NCBI GenBank assembly: GCA_036172245.1
Contig: JAYWIR010000035.1
Location: 62,001-126,000, forward strand
Length of the DNA: 64,000 bases
Reading direction: 5' to 3'
Source: Raillietiella orientalis
Lineage: Eukaryota
In this document: positions 11,912 through 26,100 of the stretch, in pieces
How positions within the stretch are numbered: position 1 is the first letter of the stretch
How the letters are laid out: each line of letters starts with the position of its first letter
Position numbers and translations under genes: made by a program
Notes under the pieces: generated by a model
Seen by the model: only the letters and a program-made list of their open reading frames with translations
What the model was told of the DNA's origin: nothing
The model's database searches: none

Positions 11912-14900
11912 GTTGATAAAAATTTTTAAAACAGATAATGCATCTTTAGAATGAAGTTGGTCCTTTACCTAAAAACAGCCTCAGAAATTTATTAAGTTTT
12001 GGCTTATTAAGGAGACTTCCAAACATTCCGAGTTTAAAACAAAAAAAAACTCCGAACTCGTTCACATGACAGCATCAGGATGGACTTTTTTCCATTAGTA
12101 TTCTCAAGTTCATTTCAGTTCCATTGAAATATCGAATTTGTAGTAGTGTTGCTACACGCTATGTATAATATTCACTATAGTAGTTAAATTAGTTTCATTA
12201 ATTTCCTATATTTTAAAAAATTATACACTTGAAAAAAATAACAGAGAAAAGCAAACTTAAAAGTAGTTTCATTTTTTAAAAAATTAGGGAATTTTTCATC
12301 AATATTGTGCTTCGTAAATAATAATTTCACTCTAATGCAAAATTCCTTCATAAATTTCAGCACTTCATTGAGTTTTCTTTTTCTTGTAAGAAAAAGAATA
12401 AATTCTGAATATGCTTAATAATATTGCTGCTTTTGAAACAATTTATTAAAATACCGCTATCCTTAGAACCAAAATGTTCAGGGTTTAAAGGTTCAGGTTT
12501 TTCAAGTCATTTATACATCTATACTTGTTTTATAAATAACTATTTTACAGAGATAGATATTTATCAAAATTTTCAAATAACCGAGAACCACCAGTTTGTG
12601 ATACAAAATCCCAAATTACAAAAAAAGTGTCGGGATTTAGAGGTCCGAAAGTTATCGGATTTGTGTAATGAATGTTAGTAAAATCAACATAAATTGCAAA
12701 ATTCATCAATTTTTTAAGGTAATGGAAAATAGGTTCAATATCTTTGATTCAGTTTAAGGAAAGAAAAATCCACGAATACGTATTAATATGAATGAAATCA
12801 TAAGGACATAACGTAAATTCCTAAAAGGAATTCCTAAAAACAATTTAGAAAAACATATACTTTAATCATGAAAAACCAAAAGTTCATGGATGTAATTTTT
12901 TCCAGTTTTATTCTGAATACAAGGACTTTACCATGATTACATATCAGTTGGTATATTTATGCAATCATATAAGAGGGTATTTTCTGTAAAACTTTGACTA
13001 ATGCCATTATTAGTAGTCATTTCTAAAATTAATGTCATCATTTTATATGAATTTTGATTATGATGGTACGAAAATCATATTGAATACTATGAATTCTCTG
13101 TCAAATAAATAGACTGACACGTCCAGACTGTGAAACTACCCAAGGAAACAGCCAAAATGTAAACATTGCAAACTACTAACTATTTTTTATTTGCCAGTTG
13201 AACTGAAATATGCATCATCGGTCTTAAAAGTGTTGATTGATTGCTAATAATCTTTTTCCTTCTAGTTTTTAATATTGCTCTCTAGAAAATATGTAGTTGG
13301 ACACGGTCTTAACGTAAGAGACCTCAATTATATATTCCATTCAAATAGAAATGAATACAAATATTATCAAGATGTAACACTTTCCACTCACCTGCTTGGC
13401 TGAAAGAACAATTCATAGCTTCATTTTTCCCTTCATAGAAAAGCTATTTATGTTTTTAGTTAGTTCACTATTATGAACAAAAAGGCTTTTCTAAGAAAAA
13501 ATTTCCTTGGCACTTTTGATTTGGTGTTCACCAAAGTAAAACAAACCGTCTAGAATAAAAATGAAAATCCATTAAGATTGGCGCTCACTCGTGCCCGACT
13601 ATTTTGAGATTAACATTAAGTTAGTTTTCGGTAAAGTAAGTTTGTTAATGCCTCACTTTGCTCTTCCACTGGTACACACCAAACTGAAGTCTTATACATG
13701 CTCTGCATTGCAATGACTTTGTGTACCTACGAGTATCTTTACGATTGCATTGATATATTTACTGCAGATCAGAATTTCCTTCGAAGTCTTCAGCCTTTTT
13801 GTCCATCATCGGTTCCAAACAATAAGAGTAAATGAGTTATTTGAATGAGCATTAGATGTGTTTAAGCAATATTGTATGCTAATTTCAAGATGAATCGAAC
13901 CACTGATTACAGTCCAGTTAATTTTGTAATTGTTATATCAATTTGAATCTCTAGCGAAATTTGAAATTTGAAACTATTTAGCAAACTGAATCTTCACACT
14001 GGTTTTATTACTTGATCTCTTTGGAATTACAATTTTTAAAAAAAAATTTATATTATAATGGTAGATATAATGAAAACCTTTACATGTTGATCCAGAAGAA
14101 TTTTCCTAGTGAAAGTTTCTGAAGACACTGAATAACTCTGTAGTAACTTCGGCATTCTAGAACGCAGAAAGATAAAAGTGGATTCGACAGCTTCAGGGAG
14201 ATCTTAAATTGATTGAACTATCTATCTGAGCATTCAGAACCAGTCAATTTTGGATAAACAGTGCATCATGAAATATCTTTCCAGGAGTAGGATTGAGCTC
14301 CTAACAGATACAAGACCAATTTTAAATGCTATAATTCTGATTAGAGCATGTATTTGAAACTGGTATCCCAAAAGTATGCAGTCCTGAACTCTGAAATCCT
14401 CTCAAAATGACACAAAGACTGTGTTGTGCTAGCCAAATAGAAAAAAAAAAAAAGAAATTCATATAAAACAAGCAAAAACTGAAAGATGGTATATAAGCGA
14501 TACTTTTCTTATCAGGGAATTCACATATTCCATAGTCCACTTTGTCTAGTAATCTTTCAAAGCTAAGAGGGCACAAAAACTGGAATTTGATCATCATGTT
14601 CTTGGATTCTGGTCGACAAATGAATGCTGGCCGTGATATTTAGCTTCTGTAAAATACTTGCAAGGAAAGATTTGAAATAATAGTTTGAAAGGCAAAAAGG
14701 AAACATCTTAATAGTATGAGACAACCCTTCAGGGTAATTTTCTTCTTCCGCCTTCTTATCTGTCTTTTTTTTTTTTTTTTTATAAATGCATAGTTTGAAT
14801 GCACCCTGAATTATGCACTGAAGAAACGTACTAAACATTTGGTTTATTCAATTGCGTGACATATCGGTTACCCCCAGGTCGTCATAAAACTGAGTCATGA

Positions 14901-16011
14901 AAACACATGACAAAGCATGTTTGCATAGAAAAATTAGTGGTTTTCGTTTTCAACGTGAAAACGTGTCATTGCTCTAATGATTGAAACGCTGCAGTAGTAC
15001 AAAATAGGCATTGGAGTTAGATACTTCCAAAAATACGGTGTACAATGTGTATGGTCTCAAAGGAAATTCGAAGCGACCAGACCCCCAAAAATTATGAGCC
15101 ATTCAGAGAAAAATTCATTTTTGAAATCATGACAGACTTCCTTGCTTTCCAATGTTTCTTTATATTCCCTGGAAATTTTCTGTGATTCATCATTGAATTT
15201 ACTTTAATAAATTTTACCTTCATACATTTAAAGAGCACTTTTTCTCCTAAGATTTATTCTTCAATCTGAGCTCCTATTTAATTAAATTCATGTTATTAAA
15301 CATGAACTACGGATATTTCATTTGAAAAAGTTTTCTGATGACCGTTTTGATTTTTGTAAAGAAATGCAATTTCTTGCCATATAGCATCCAAGTTCGTCGA
15401 AGTGTATTAGTGCCGCACGTGTTGGTATTCGTGTTTCATCTCGGTATATATCCGAAAGGAACGGCCGAAACCAAAGACCCCTCCCCTACCTTCCCCCCCC
15501 CCCCATATCTTTATTTGTATTTTTTATACTAGTGTATTTGTGGTCCCCTCCCTCCCGTTCCGGACTTTCGGTTATACAGACCTGCGTGTCGGGGATCCCA
15601 CTATTCGTTTTTCTGTGTCCTTTGTCCGGGAACCCTGTTCCCGGATAGTTTAGAAATAAACACCCCGGCGCATCCGGGTGGGAATCAGTATCCATCCGAC
15701 AGATTCTTTGCAGCCTTCTTGCTTTCTTGGAATTTGCTATTCGCCGAGATTAGACAGTGCATTCCGGACAATCCAGTTGGCAAGATCTACCAGATCTCCA
15801 AGAGGCAGAAAACTCCTCGTAGCTACAGTTTTCAAGATTCTTTTGCATGACATTTCAAGCAGCCACTCATGACTTGTCTCCATCGGAGAAAACACTTCAA
15901 AGGGGATTTCATTTTCAACATTCTGTGTGTGTTCGCTCTTCAGTAACCAAAAACTTCGGTAACTTCGAAGATACGCATAGAGAATTAAATAGAGAATACG
16001 CATAGAGAATA

Positions 16012-16053
16012 AACCAAAACCACCCAATGTCCAGACATTGGGTGGTTTTGGTT
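16012..16053. repeat. Perfect 20-bp-arm hairpin (2-nt loop)
   Basis: aaccaaaaccacccaatgtc-ca-gacattgggtggttttggtt. Confidence 0.95.
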
Positions 16054-17136
16054 CTTCTCGTGACGCATTCCAGCGAGATTAATTATCTTTAATTTGTGCC
16101 TAGTTACTTGACTCAAATTTTTGCAACCACCCTCCCCAAAACGAACAGGTTCGACAAGTTGAACAGCATCAGTGAGTGGGATGCCAAGTCCTAAACCAAC
16201 TCCAGAAAAAAGCTTGGCAAGGTGATCCATGTTGAAGAGGAAAAACGTTGAAGGAAAAATAAGGGCTGCGTGTCGTTAGAGGCAAAGGCAGAACTGGAAA
16301 AACACCAACACATAACCTGACACTCTTAGAAGAATAGAATAGAATCGCTAGAATCAGCGAAACGAGGGCTGAATCAATCAGGACGGGGTAGCACCTGTTC
16401 GTAGAGAACCTGAATGGCAAATGCTTTGTAACTTTGTGAACATATCGACCCACAAGTAAGGAAGTTTGAAAGGGAAATTCCCGGGAGATGATCCACTCTC
16501 TCATGTTGTCAAAAGACTTGCAAGTCCTTAAGCTCAGTTCCCCTGACTAACTAATGCGGCTCCTTTGGTGCATTTCCGAGTAAAAATTGTTTAAAATTTC
16601 GAAAAGTTGATGCTTTGTTATCTAAACAGCAGAAAGGTGTTTTGAGAAGAAGCTATTTGAAAAAAAAATCCAACTTTTTTGGCTTTTGCATGTGGAATCG
16701 AAGGATTCAAACACGCATTCGATGTTCCTGGAATGCACGGTTTGTCAACGGATCATTAATGCTTGACTATGAGGATAGAAACTCCGAAATGACTCTCCCG
16801 AAGAATTCCCTCCCTCTAAACAATAACTAATTTTTTTTGTATTATATACTTGGTTTGGATGGTATTCAGGAGTCTGGAGTTCTGGAGTGCCGTATATGAT
16901 GCCGTGGATCCTGAAACCGAGTCCACAAAACCGATCAGAAGGCATTAAATGCAAAGAGATCAAAAGTGTGCACGTGAGCCCCGAAGTTCGTACATGAGGT
17001 CCACAACAGATCAACTTTTGAACCAATCGCATATACGAACTTCGGTCTGATGTTTCTTTCCACAATTTCTTGCATCCAAATCAAGATTCCAAAATATGAA
17101 TTTTCAATGCTGCATCCGACATCAGTGTACACCACG

Positions 17137-20100
17137 TTATTTGAACCAGTCTTCATTGGTATCTTGTTTATCTTGCGTCGTATCGATACTTCTTGGACGT
17201 TCTAAAAAAAGTAACTGAAGTCAATGTTAACAGCCTACTCTTACTTTCGCAATTTCTTTCCGAAATCTTAATATTGTCTATCGAATATCCTCCTTTAGTC
17301 GCAGTTCCTTCGAATACGATACTGAAGTTTCCGGTGGTGTCTACTGGAACTTGAGCATAGGTCCACTCGTTGGGGCCATTGTTTTCCCGCGGACCAGACC
17401 TAGTTTCTTTCAGAGTGTCGCACGAATTTCTCTTCCACACCTCAACCTAAACGAAAGAAATCCGATACAACTGAAGGCAAGCCGATGAACCTCAGTTTCG
17501 TTAGGAGTCTCCTGTTGCACTCTCTCCAAGTCTTCTCCAAACACGTCTTCCGCACTATCGAGAGGAGCGCCGTGAATTTCTTGTTTTAGGAGAACTCTCA
17601 AGCTTGTGGAATTCTGCATCTCATGCTCCATGAACCAAAATGTAAGGCACATTTTCTGATCCAAGGATTTCATCATGGCAGGACTCGTTAGTCGGAAGGT
17701 TTCCGCCTGATGACTCGTCACGTAGAAACACAAAAAGCAACCTGCAAAACTCCCCAGCAATGAGTTAAAAAATAGGTTTTTAAGTAGCAAGATGTTTTTA
17801 TCATTATGTTTTTTCTGGTTTGCTTTTTTACATGTGTTCTGCAAATGTATGGTACGTACCAACATGTGATTCCTGAAGCCATGGAACGGGACTTACAACG
17901 AAATAGACTGTAACATTTTTTACATGGTCACCTTTGGTCAGGCGCGACGCACAGCAGGCTGTGCGAAAGCATTATATTCTCTTCTTTTATGCAAGTGCTG
18001 TTCCTCAGTGGCAAATAAGGATGGATGGAAAATAGAGCAACAGACAGGGACCTGAATTCTCATTTTCTATTCGAATCTTTGACTGTATCTACAAGAAGAG
18101 GGAGGCATTTCTTCAAAGATCATCTAAGCTAAAGTCATCAGAAAGCGTACTAGTCTTCAGTTGGTCAGTTATCCTATTCCAGTTGTGAGTTCTGCAGATG
18201 GATTTACAGAAAAATATCCAAGAGAGTAAATGAACTGCTTTTTTTCAAATAACAATTTGCATCTTTAAAACATGGAGCAAAACAGCCATAGAGGGAAAGC
18301 AAAAAAAAACTCAAAGTCTAAAGAAAACTTAGTAATTTTTTTTTTTCCTCAACTTCATCAAATTTTGGGGTCTATCAAAATTTGTTCTTCACACTGTTTT
18401 TTCAAGAGTGAATGTATTATTTATACCTGGGTGTAAAAAGTTCATTTTTTCTTCTTACAATTGTAGAAGTATTAAATAAAAGAGAAAAGTAATTTGAATT
18501 TATAACACGTTTACGTCCTTTCGGTAATTATGCTCTGATATATAAAACACTAATTAAGAAAAATGATGTTGAATCCTAACTTTATGAAATCAGTGGTTGC
18601 CATTATGGCGGATTCGCGCGTCCCCCCACCCCCCGTTTAAATCAGATTCAGAATCAGGATTCTGAATGAGCGATGAAGATTCAGTTCACTCGATCCTGCG
18701 ATGGTATTTTTTGAGGAAAACTCTTCGCACAGATGTGTACTCCGCAAAGAGTACACATTTTTCTTTGGGCATGCGCCTTTATAAAAGGGTTTTTTTCTGC
18801 GAAGGCACAGGTGCTTTAAAGTGCCATTAGTATGTTTAGTCCTAAGTGAAAAGGGAGCTTCTGAATGAATTAACCCGAGGTGCAGATTTGAGGGAGTCGC
18901 GAACCGAGGATGCAGCAAATTATTACAGTTTCTTCTTATACGAAGCCTACTTTCAAATTCTTCTCTAAGCTTTTGACACATGTTGCGATAGAACGACGGA
19001 TTTATTGCTACCATAATAGCAATTTTGATTGCATGTAATTGTTAGAAAGTTGATTTTCCCACATCTAAAGAGTTTTCCTTTGAAAGTAACGATGTTGCAA
19101 TGGAGAGAGTTGATTAACTGCATGTGACTCTGAAGTTTCGTATTCAGCAATAACTACAAGAAATGCTTTAAATTTTAGACGGCCAATGTTTTCCCATTTC
19201 AAGAACTAGATACCTTTCGTATCCATGAACTTAAACCCTTCCTTAAGTTCCCCAGAAATGCTTTAGCATTTTCTATTAAGCCAACGGTTCGGGAATATAC
19301 ATGGGAGCTCCCTCTAATTCAGGTAAAAAATTGCTCAAACTGACAGTCAAGATCACAATTTCCAACGAAATTCGTACATTCAGTTACCGTGACATTACCC
19401 AAGCGAGATGGAGCACGGAGGACAAAGATGTTCTTGATACATGGTACAGAGGCAGTACAATACGCTTTCTAATTGCTGGAAGCTAAGCTTCCATTCCCCC
19501 CCCCCCCCCAGCAGGTCTAGGAGGGCATTTTTTTCCCATCCAGCAACAGTGCTCCACCTCTATAACCATGCCCACACGTTTTCCACTTGAAGAGATAAAT
19601 TTCGGCAACGAGAGCTCCATTTACTTGAAGAAGTCTTCTCCCACGGAATGAATTCTTCAATCCAATCCTTGGGAATCCTCAAAAACATTCTCTTCTTTGT
19701 CTATTCTTCTAATGAAAACCACCGCATTTGCACTCAGTTGCTCTTATCAAGAGCACAACATTTTTGCATTCCTTAAAAAAGTCAAGCAGTCTCCATCTCT
19801 TCTTTCAAACAATTTGTCAGACGAATGTCATACGGGGCTGGGACAATTTCGTATGTGGCGTTCAGTGCCAACAACCGTGATAATTATAAAGTTGTTTCCA
19901 GGAAAATGTCCCTTCAGAATGTAGCATACATCAGCTTGCGCGAGTTTGCCTTATTGCCTGCCTCAATCTGTCTCATCTTGTCTCGTTGCTTACGCGATTT
20001 ACGATCTGCCGGGCAACGACTGCACACAGGACGCCATGATCACCACAGGGATCATTCTTCTGACGTCTCTCCTGACGGCGGTCGTGGTGTTCGCCATGTT

Positions 20101-23100
20101 GGGATTTACAGAGTAACAAGTGTTTGATCACGCAGCAGCCTCGCGAATAGTTCCACCAGCTGCAAGTTAACCCCAGCCAGTTCGTGGCCGCCATGAACTT
20201 TACACGTCTTCCCACTTCAGCGACTTCAGCAACTTCGTGGCCACCACGGACTTCGAGTTCTCCGACTCCCTTTTGGCCGCCACCAACCCCACCCAGCGCC
20301 ACGTAATGGATGAGCTCAAGCAGGCTGGCGAGGGAACCGGTTTGGCCTTCCCATCGTCTTACCACCTCACATGGAACGCCGGTTACAACGCGAAAGCTTT
20401 GCCTTCTTTGTTCTTTCCGAAATTTGATTTCGTCTGTACCACGATCTGAGGTTCCAAGATGTTCCGAAAGAACCTTTACCCGTCCCCCTCCGTTGCCGCC
20501 CGTAAGTGCTGCGAAATGTGCCCACGTTCCGTTAACCGGAAAGGCAGGGAAAAGTGTGCTTGCTGCAAGAAAGTCATATGAGCCCAACACCGAAGGCCTT
20601 TATGTTGTGAGTGTGCAAACAACTTATCGAACAATTTGTAAAGATGGTTGTAATTCATCGACAAAATAGCACGTTTATGAAAAATTAGTAAGGTTTCACC
20701 ATTTTAATCGGTATCATGTATGAAACCACGTAACCACTTATGTACTACGGTCGTTTCCTTGAAGGAAGAAACTTCTTCGCAGGAAGTCGCGTTTTCCTCG
20801 CTCGGAGACCGCCGCCGTCCACCCCATCCTTCCCGTGGGCGGTGTGAAGCCGCGACGGGCTACGGGATCGTCTCCGCCGCTGGGTGTACTGTCGTGGAGT
20901 AAGCACGCCCGTCTGGAAACACCGGATGCGTCCCGTGTTGGGAAAGACTAGGCAGGCAGGAGGTCCGCGAAGGCCGCGGCCCCGTTCAAGGCTTTGGAGC
21001 CCACCTCCCAGTCTTTCCCAACACTTAAGTGCGCTTCTTCCGCTAGCCTTCGAACTTGTAGCTCTCCCTACAACGGACATCCTGTGCAATAGAAGGCCCC
21101 TTTGTATGACCGGAAGCTACTCACGATGCATTTTCATCGTTTACTTTCGGATGAGTAAGGCGCACATTTAGATCGCCAGGCACAGTGGACAGATCAAACA
21201 CGATTTCGAGGATTCTCGAGAGCCGCACCAAAAAACGCTACGAGACGCAGGTTCACCCTCGATGCTAGATGAAATTCTTGCACTTTATGCCGACTGAGAT
21301 TTTTCTCCTATATTCCAATTTCCTTGAACGTCCTTCCATGGTCTCCCTGGATGCTTTGGGATTCTTTCCTGTGAGCGAATCAGTGCATACCAACAGATAC
21401 TTGGAAGGAACGTTACGTTCTCCGTTTTTGCACATATCAACTTCCTGCGTAATTTCTGCAACAATTTTTTCAAAGAAACGTTGTCAGAATGAAACAGCAC
21501 TTGGGATCATCACGTGATGGTGTTAACCGATCACCGTCCAGGGACACCGTAGCTCCTTGCACACCTGCATTCCTCGTTCAGTTCGGTTCCTTCGTCGTCA
21601 CACTCTCTCAGCTTGGGGAAAAGGTGGCATCAGTTTCCTTTCTTCTCTTTTAGGAAGGAAACCGCTGTCAACTGTAAGTCAAGGATAATTATTAAATAGC
21701 ACTATCCAGTTGTTAAAAGAAGAGCAGGAGCTGGAGGTTTTCCTTGACTCAGCTATTCACAACGCGCATTTTCATCGTTTGAGAAATGTTCATTGCCAGC
21801 AAAATGTCTAAAAATTTCCCATCATCTCTTCGCGACGAGACCCACTCTGCTGCTGTCCCTGATGTACCACCGAACATTTCAGTAGAATGCCTGCAAATCG
21901 GCCCCACTCTTCGACACCAACGTATCGCAAAATCTGAAGAACTCCTTCTCCTTAGACACTTATGATGCCACACTTCTCGGCTATCACAGTGATTATTCAT
22001 GATAATAAATCTCTTCCCACAAAACGAAAAATGCCTTTGTCGCTTGAATGTTTTGAATTTGGTGGCCAATAAACTTCCGGCAAGACACTCTGAGTTTCTT
22101 ACCCTCCCACGATTTCACTGGTTGCGGATCCCGGTGTATTTTCCAGCGCGCGTTCCTCGTCAAAGTGAATGTCGAATTTCTTACGTCACTGTGGTATCCG
22201 CAAAGATCGTCGTCGTAGTCGAAAGAGCAGTCTCCATCATGGAACGACGAGTCAGGAGGAAAGGCTACGGAGATATTGAAGCTCGAGTAAACTTTGTGCG
22301 AAACGATTCTTACCCTGGCAGTCATCTTCAAAGAAGGAGACGTCGTCCAAAGCAACGGTATCATTTCCCCTCCTTGAGGCAAAAAGTACTTCTATGAGTA
22401 TCTAGGGAAAATCCGGATAGAATCGAAAAATAGCTCTCGGTGTGCCGTGCATTCCTGCTAGAAAGTGCGGAGTTAAACAAATTTGTGTTCGCTTGCTTTG
22501 GGTTATTCCGGGAGCTGACCCATACGCAATGGTCAACAAATGAGGTACTTGGTGAGCCACGTATATTTCCGGTATCTGTCGGCGTTTACCACATCTGGGT
22601 CGCTAAATATTAAAGTCAAGCCGACATAAAAGACTGGAACGAAATGAGATCAAAGGTGCTTTTTGCAAGAAGAGAGCGTTCCCTTTCGGGTCCCGGCTCA
22701 GCGAAGAGCGATGATGAATTTCTCTTGAAACCGTGCCTTTAGTTTAGATGTTGTGGACGGCACACGGAAGGAAGATTTGAGTTTCACATTACATCCACAA
22801 TGATAGTGATAATGACAGAGACCTTCACAGCAGCCGCTAGTGGAAACAAAAACCTTCATGCAGTTTGACTAAGAATACTGTTGAGTAGAAACTCCAAGTG
22901 CCGAGTTGCGAACAACGAGGGTAGCATCCAATGAGTCAGACTCTTTTTTTAAAACAGCTGAGATCATTAGCGAGATCGTCTCATAGATTCCGAAACAGAA
23001 AATGGATGAAATTAATGGATCACTGATCATCTTGGAATAGCTGCTTCAAGACCAGTGGATTCAATTGATCGTGCCAGTGAACAAGAAGCTCAACGACATA

Positions 23101-26100
23101 CTTCTTCCTGTCTCTCTTCTGCGATTGCACTAGTGAACTTGTGATTGTTCACTGGGACGGGAATCTTGCAGGAAAAGAAGCAAATGATGAACTCGGGGCA
23201 ATGCTCAAGTCAGAGGAACCACCACCATCCGGTAGTGAAATCCAAAGTAAAAATCAAAACCTAAAAGAAATCCGCCATTTTTTTCACCGAAGAATTTCAT
23301 CGTTGATCACCAGAATTGTGACTCCCATAGTCCGGTTTTCAAAAGCCTTGCTTAAAAATCTTCTTAAGCCCCTCCAGATCATGTGCAATTGGTTCCCTGA
23401 CCTCGCAACCCAGTGACTGTGAACGAAGACGCATTGGTGATGATATTCAAATCTCATTGCAGAGGTGGAATCATTCGGTATCCTATAATGAGACGCGGGG
23501 GGTTCACCTCTCAACGTCGTATTGCTTGCTGGCTTGAGTCGAGCTGCTTGTTCAAAGTTGAATTACCATGATGATTTGCCAAAAGCATAAAAGCGGAAAT
23601 CAAGAAGCATTTCTTCGGCTTACAGAACTCAACCTGCAGACGGGCAACCTGCTTTCCGAGTTTCGACGCCCCCGACTGTGGCGAAATGCGCAGCAATAGA
23701 ATATGTGAGAAATATGCGATTTTCAAAGTCCAAAAAACAGTGGTCAGTTCCGGAACAACTGGCAGGGAGCTGTGATCCTGTTCATAAGTTATGACAAAAA
23801 GATAGTGTCTTAGCAGCAGACCACTTGGATCCGAAAAGGATGAGACGAACACGTGCCACGGACAAGTACTCCGTGCTCCGGTCATTGCTTCAAGGTTTGG
23901 TTAGTTGCAACGGAGAAACCGTTCTCAGATTGCAGCACAGCTTTGCAGAAAATGAATCCCTCGGATGAATTCTTTCCCAGTTTGCTCCTAAGGACTCTAC
24001 AGTGGGATAGGATTCCATAGCTTGTAAGGGTCTATGATTATGGATCTACTGTCTCAGTAAGAAAGTGTCGCCCAAACATAGGAATTCAGTGTGATCTGCT
24101 TATCTATCTCCGGGAACATGTGGAAGCAGAACGTTTTCATACAATGGACCGATTTTGTTCCAAAAAAGTTTAGAAGATGGATGGATCGAATTGATTCCAG
24201 AAACAAGCAGATGATTACAATCTCCTTTCGCAGTTTTCTGGTTAACTTTCGTGTTGGAAATTATTGCGCTTTATCAGTGATAGACTCTGCAGTTGATCCT
24301 TTGGACCAACCTTTTGCTCTCCATCAGGGAAATCGTTTTAAATGAAGCGAGAGCTGGACAGGATGTGTCCAGGGGTTTCATGAAGCCAAAGAGCTAAATC
24401 GCTGAGTCGTCCACTACCCATACTTTTCTGTAGTTTTGTGCGGAGAGAGGGAAGGGTCAGTAGGGGAACGAATCTGAGACGGCAAGATACAAGTTTGGCT
24501 GCATTATCTTTGTTAGAATTCTTGCGACTTTGCATGGGAGTTTTCGAGTGTTTCAAACTAATCTGATCCGTTTTTGCGGAAACATGATGCCAACTTATTG
24601 ACTCATAACCGGGAATCCATTGCCGAACAAACCGGAAAATCTGCCGGTCACCCGTGGTTCTTGTTCAGGGGCTCTCGACGACTCCGCTTCTCTGTCTAGA
24701 AACTTTCCGAGGAGAAAAAATTCGAAATCTCAGCACCATCATTCCAATTACGCGAACGTGCGTTGCGCGCGGTTGATTTTCTTAACTGCACTCCATATTT
24801 GAGGCTGTGTGATTCCCCAGTAGGATAAAGAAAAGCAAGACAGACAGTGGGTTCCAGGATAACCGTCTCACAGCCACCGAAGCTCCGAATGAGCGAAGTC
24901 GAGGACCAATTCCATTTGTTTGGTCACACGCTCCAAAACTTCCAAACAAATGCGCTGTCCCCCACTTGTCTGATTCCGAGTCCCTTAAACATTCCTAGAC
25001 ATATGCTGCGCTCGTTATCTACCCAGGGAATCCAGTAACTCCCAAAGCTTGCGGAACGTCACTCCATGGTAAAAGGGAACCGCAGCGATTCGGAGGAACA
25101 CGAGTGAGTCTACGGTCGGGGAACGCTCGCGCGTTTTCCGGTTATCGCGTCGAAGCTTTCGAGAAAGTCATTTTTTCCGGAATTGTTCCACATCGTTCCG
25201 TGCCACCTGTTCAGTAACAAGGGAGCTCGAAGGATGAAAGGCATCCCGGCGCTCCAGATACTCCAAAACGCCGAGAGTTTCGCCGTACACCAGCAAACAG
25301 ATGGAAACTCTTTACTGAAAGAATGTGCGTTCGACACACCTCTCGAACAACCGCTTAATGGCAGAAACCGCTGCCACGCGGGCCAAGATGAATGAGTCCA
25401 GCTCAGAGGCATGGAACTGGCCGCGTCTCCACATGTACGCCCGTTGCTCGCTGCGGAAGATCCTGGAGAGTCTCAGCATTCGCACTTGGGCGGAGGGCAC
25501 CCCCATTGCCGCAACGCTGCCCTCCCTGAGGAAGGCGAATGGCAGAAGCCAACCGGTGAAGGGGGAAGTCTCCTGTGAGATCGCAGGCAGGAGGATGTTG
25601 ATGAGTGGATGGACCATGGGGCAGCTGACCGACGCTGCGATTCCAAGTGCCCCTCCACGAGGACTACAACGCTGGGGCGGGCTTCTCGGGAAGACCTGAA
25701 GTGGCCCTCGGTGTTCGCAGATAGCACCACCCTCCCCCTGAAGCGGCAGGAGTCGGCACTTCTGTTGTTGCACTGGGACTTTCTCTGCAACTCTCGTCGG
25801 TGCCGCCGGACACTGGGGAATGCGAGCCCAAACTGTTGTAGGGGAAGGGAACGAGACCTGCTTGTGGACTGCGTTTTCCTCCGGCCCCTGTGGGAACGTT
25901 TTGGGATGACCTTGCCGATTCTGGCTAGCAACCCCAGGGACGGAGCAAAACTCCTCTTCACGTGGGACGCCGCGGGATACCGCCAGCCGCAGCCTTAGCA
26001 GTTCTGTGCTGCATCCGCGGGATTGCGGGGGCCTGGAGCGACGCTGAAGAGGACCGTGAGAGAAGGACGCCATCGAGCATGCACTTCGCTTTCTGCGGAT

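Noticed and set aside
16940..16990. Possible fifth MAM start (TCT..FD) after the MAM stop
   Set aside because: Needs a frameshift, and no downstream MAM motifs follow.
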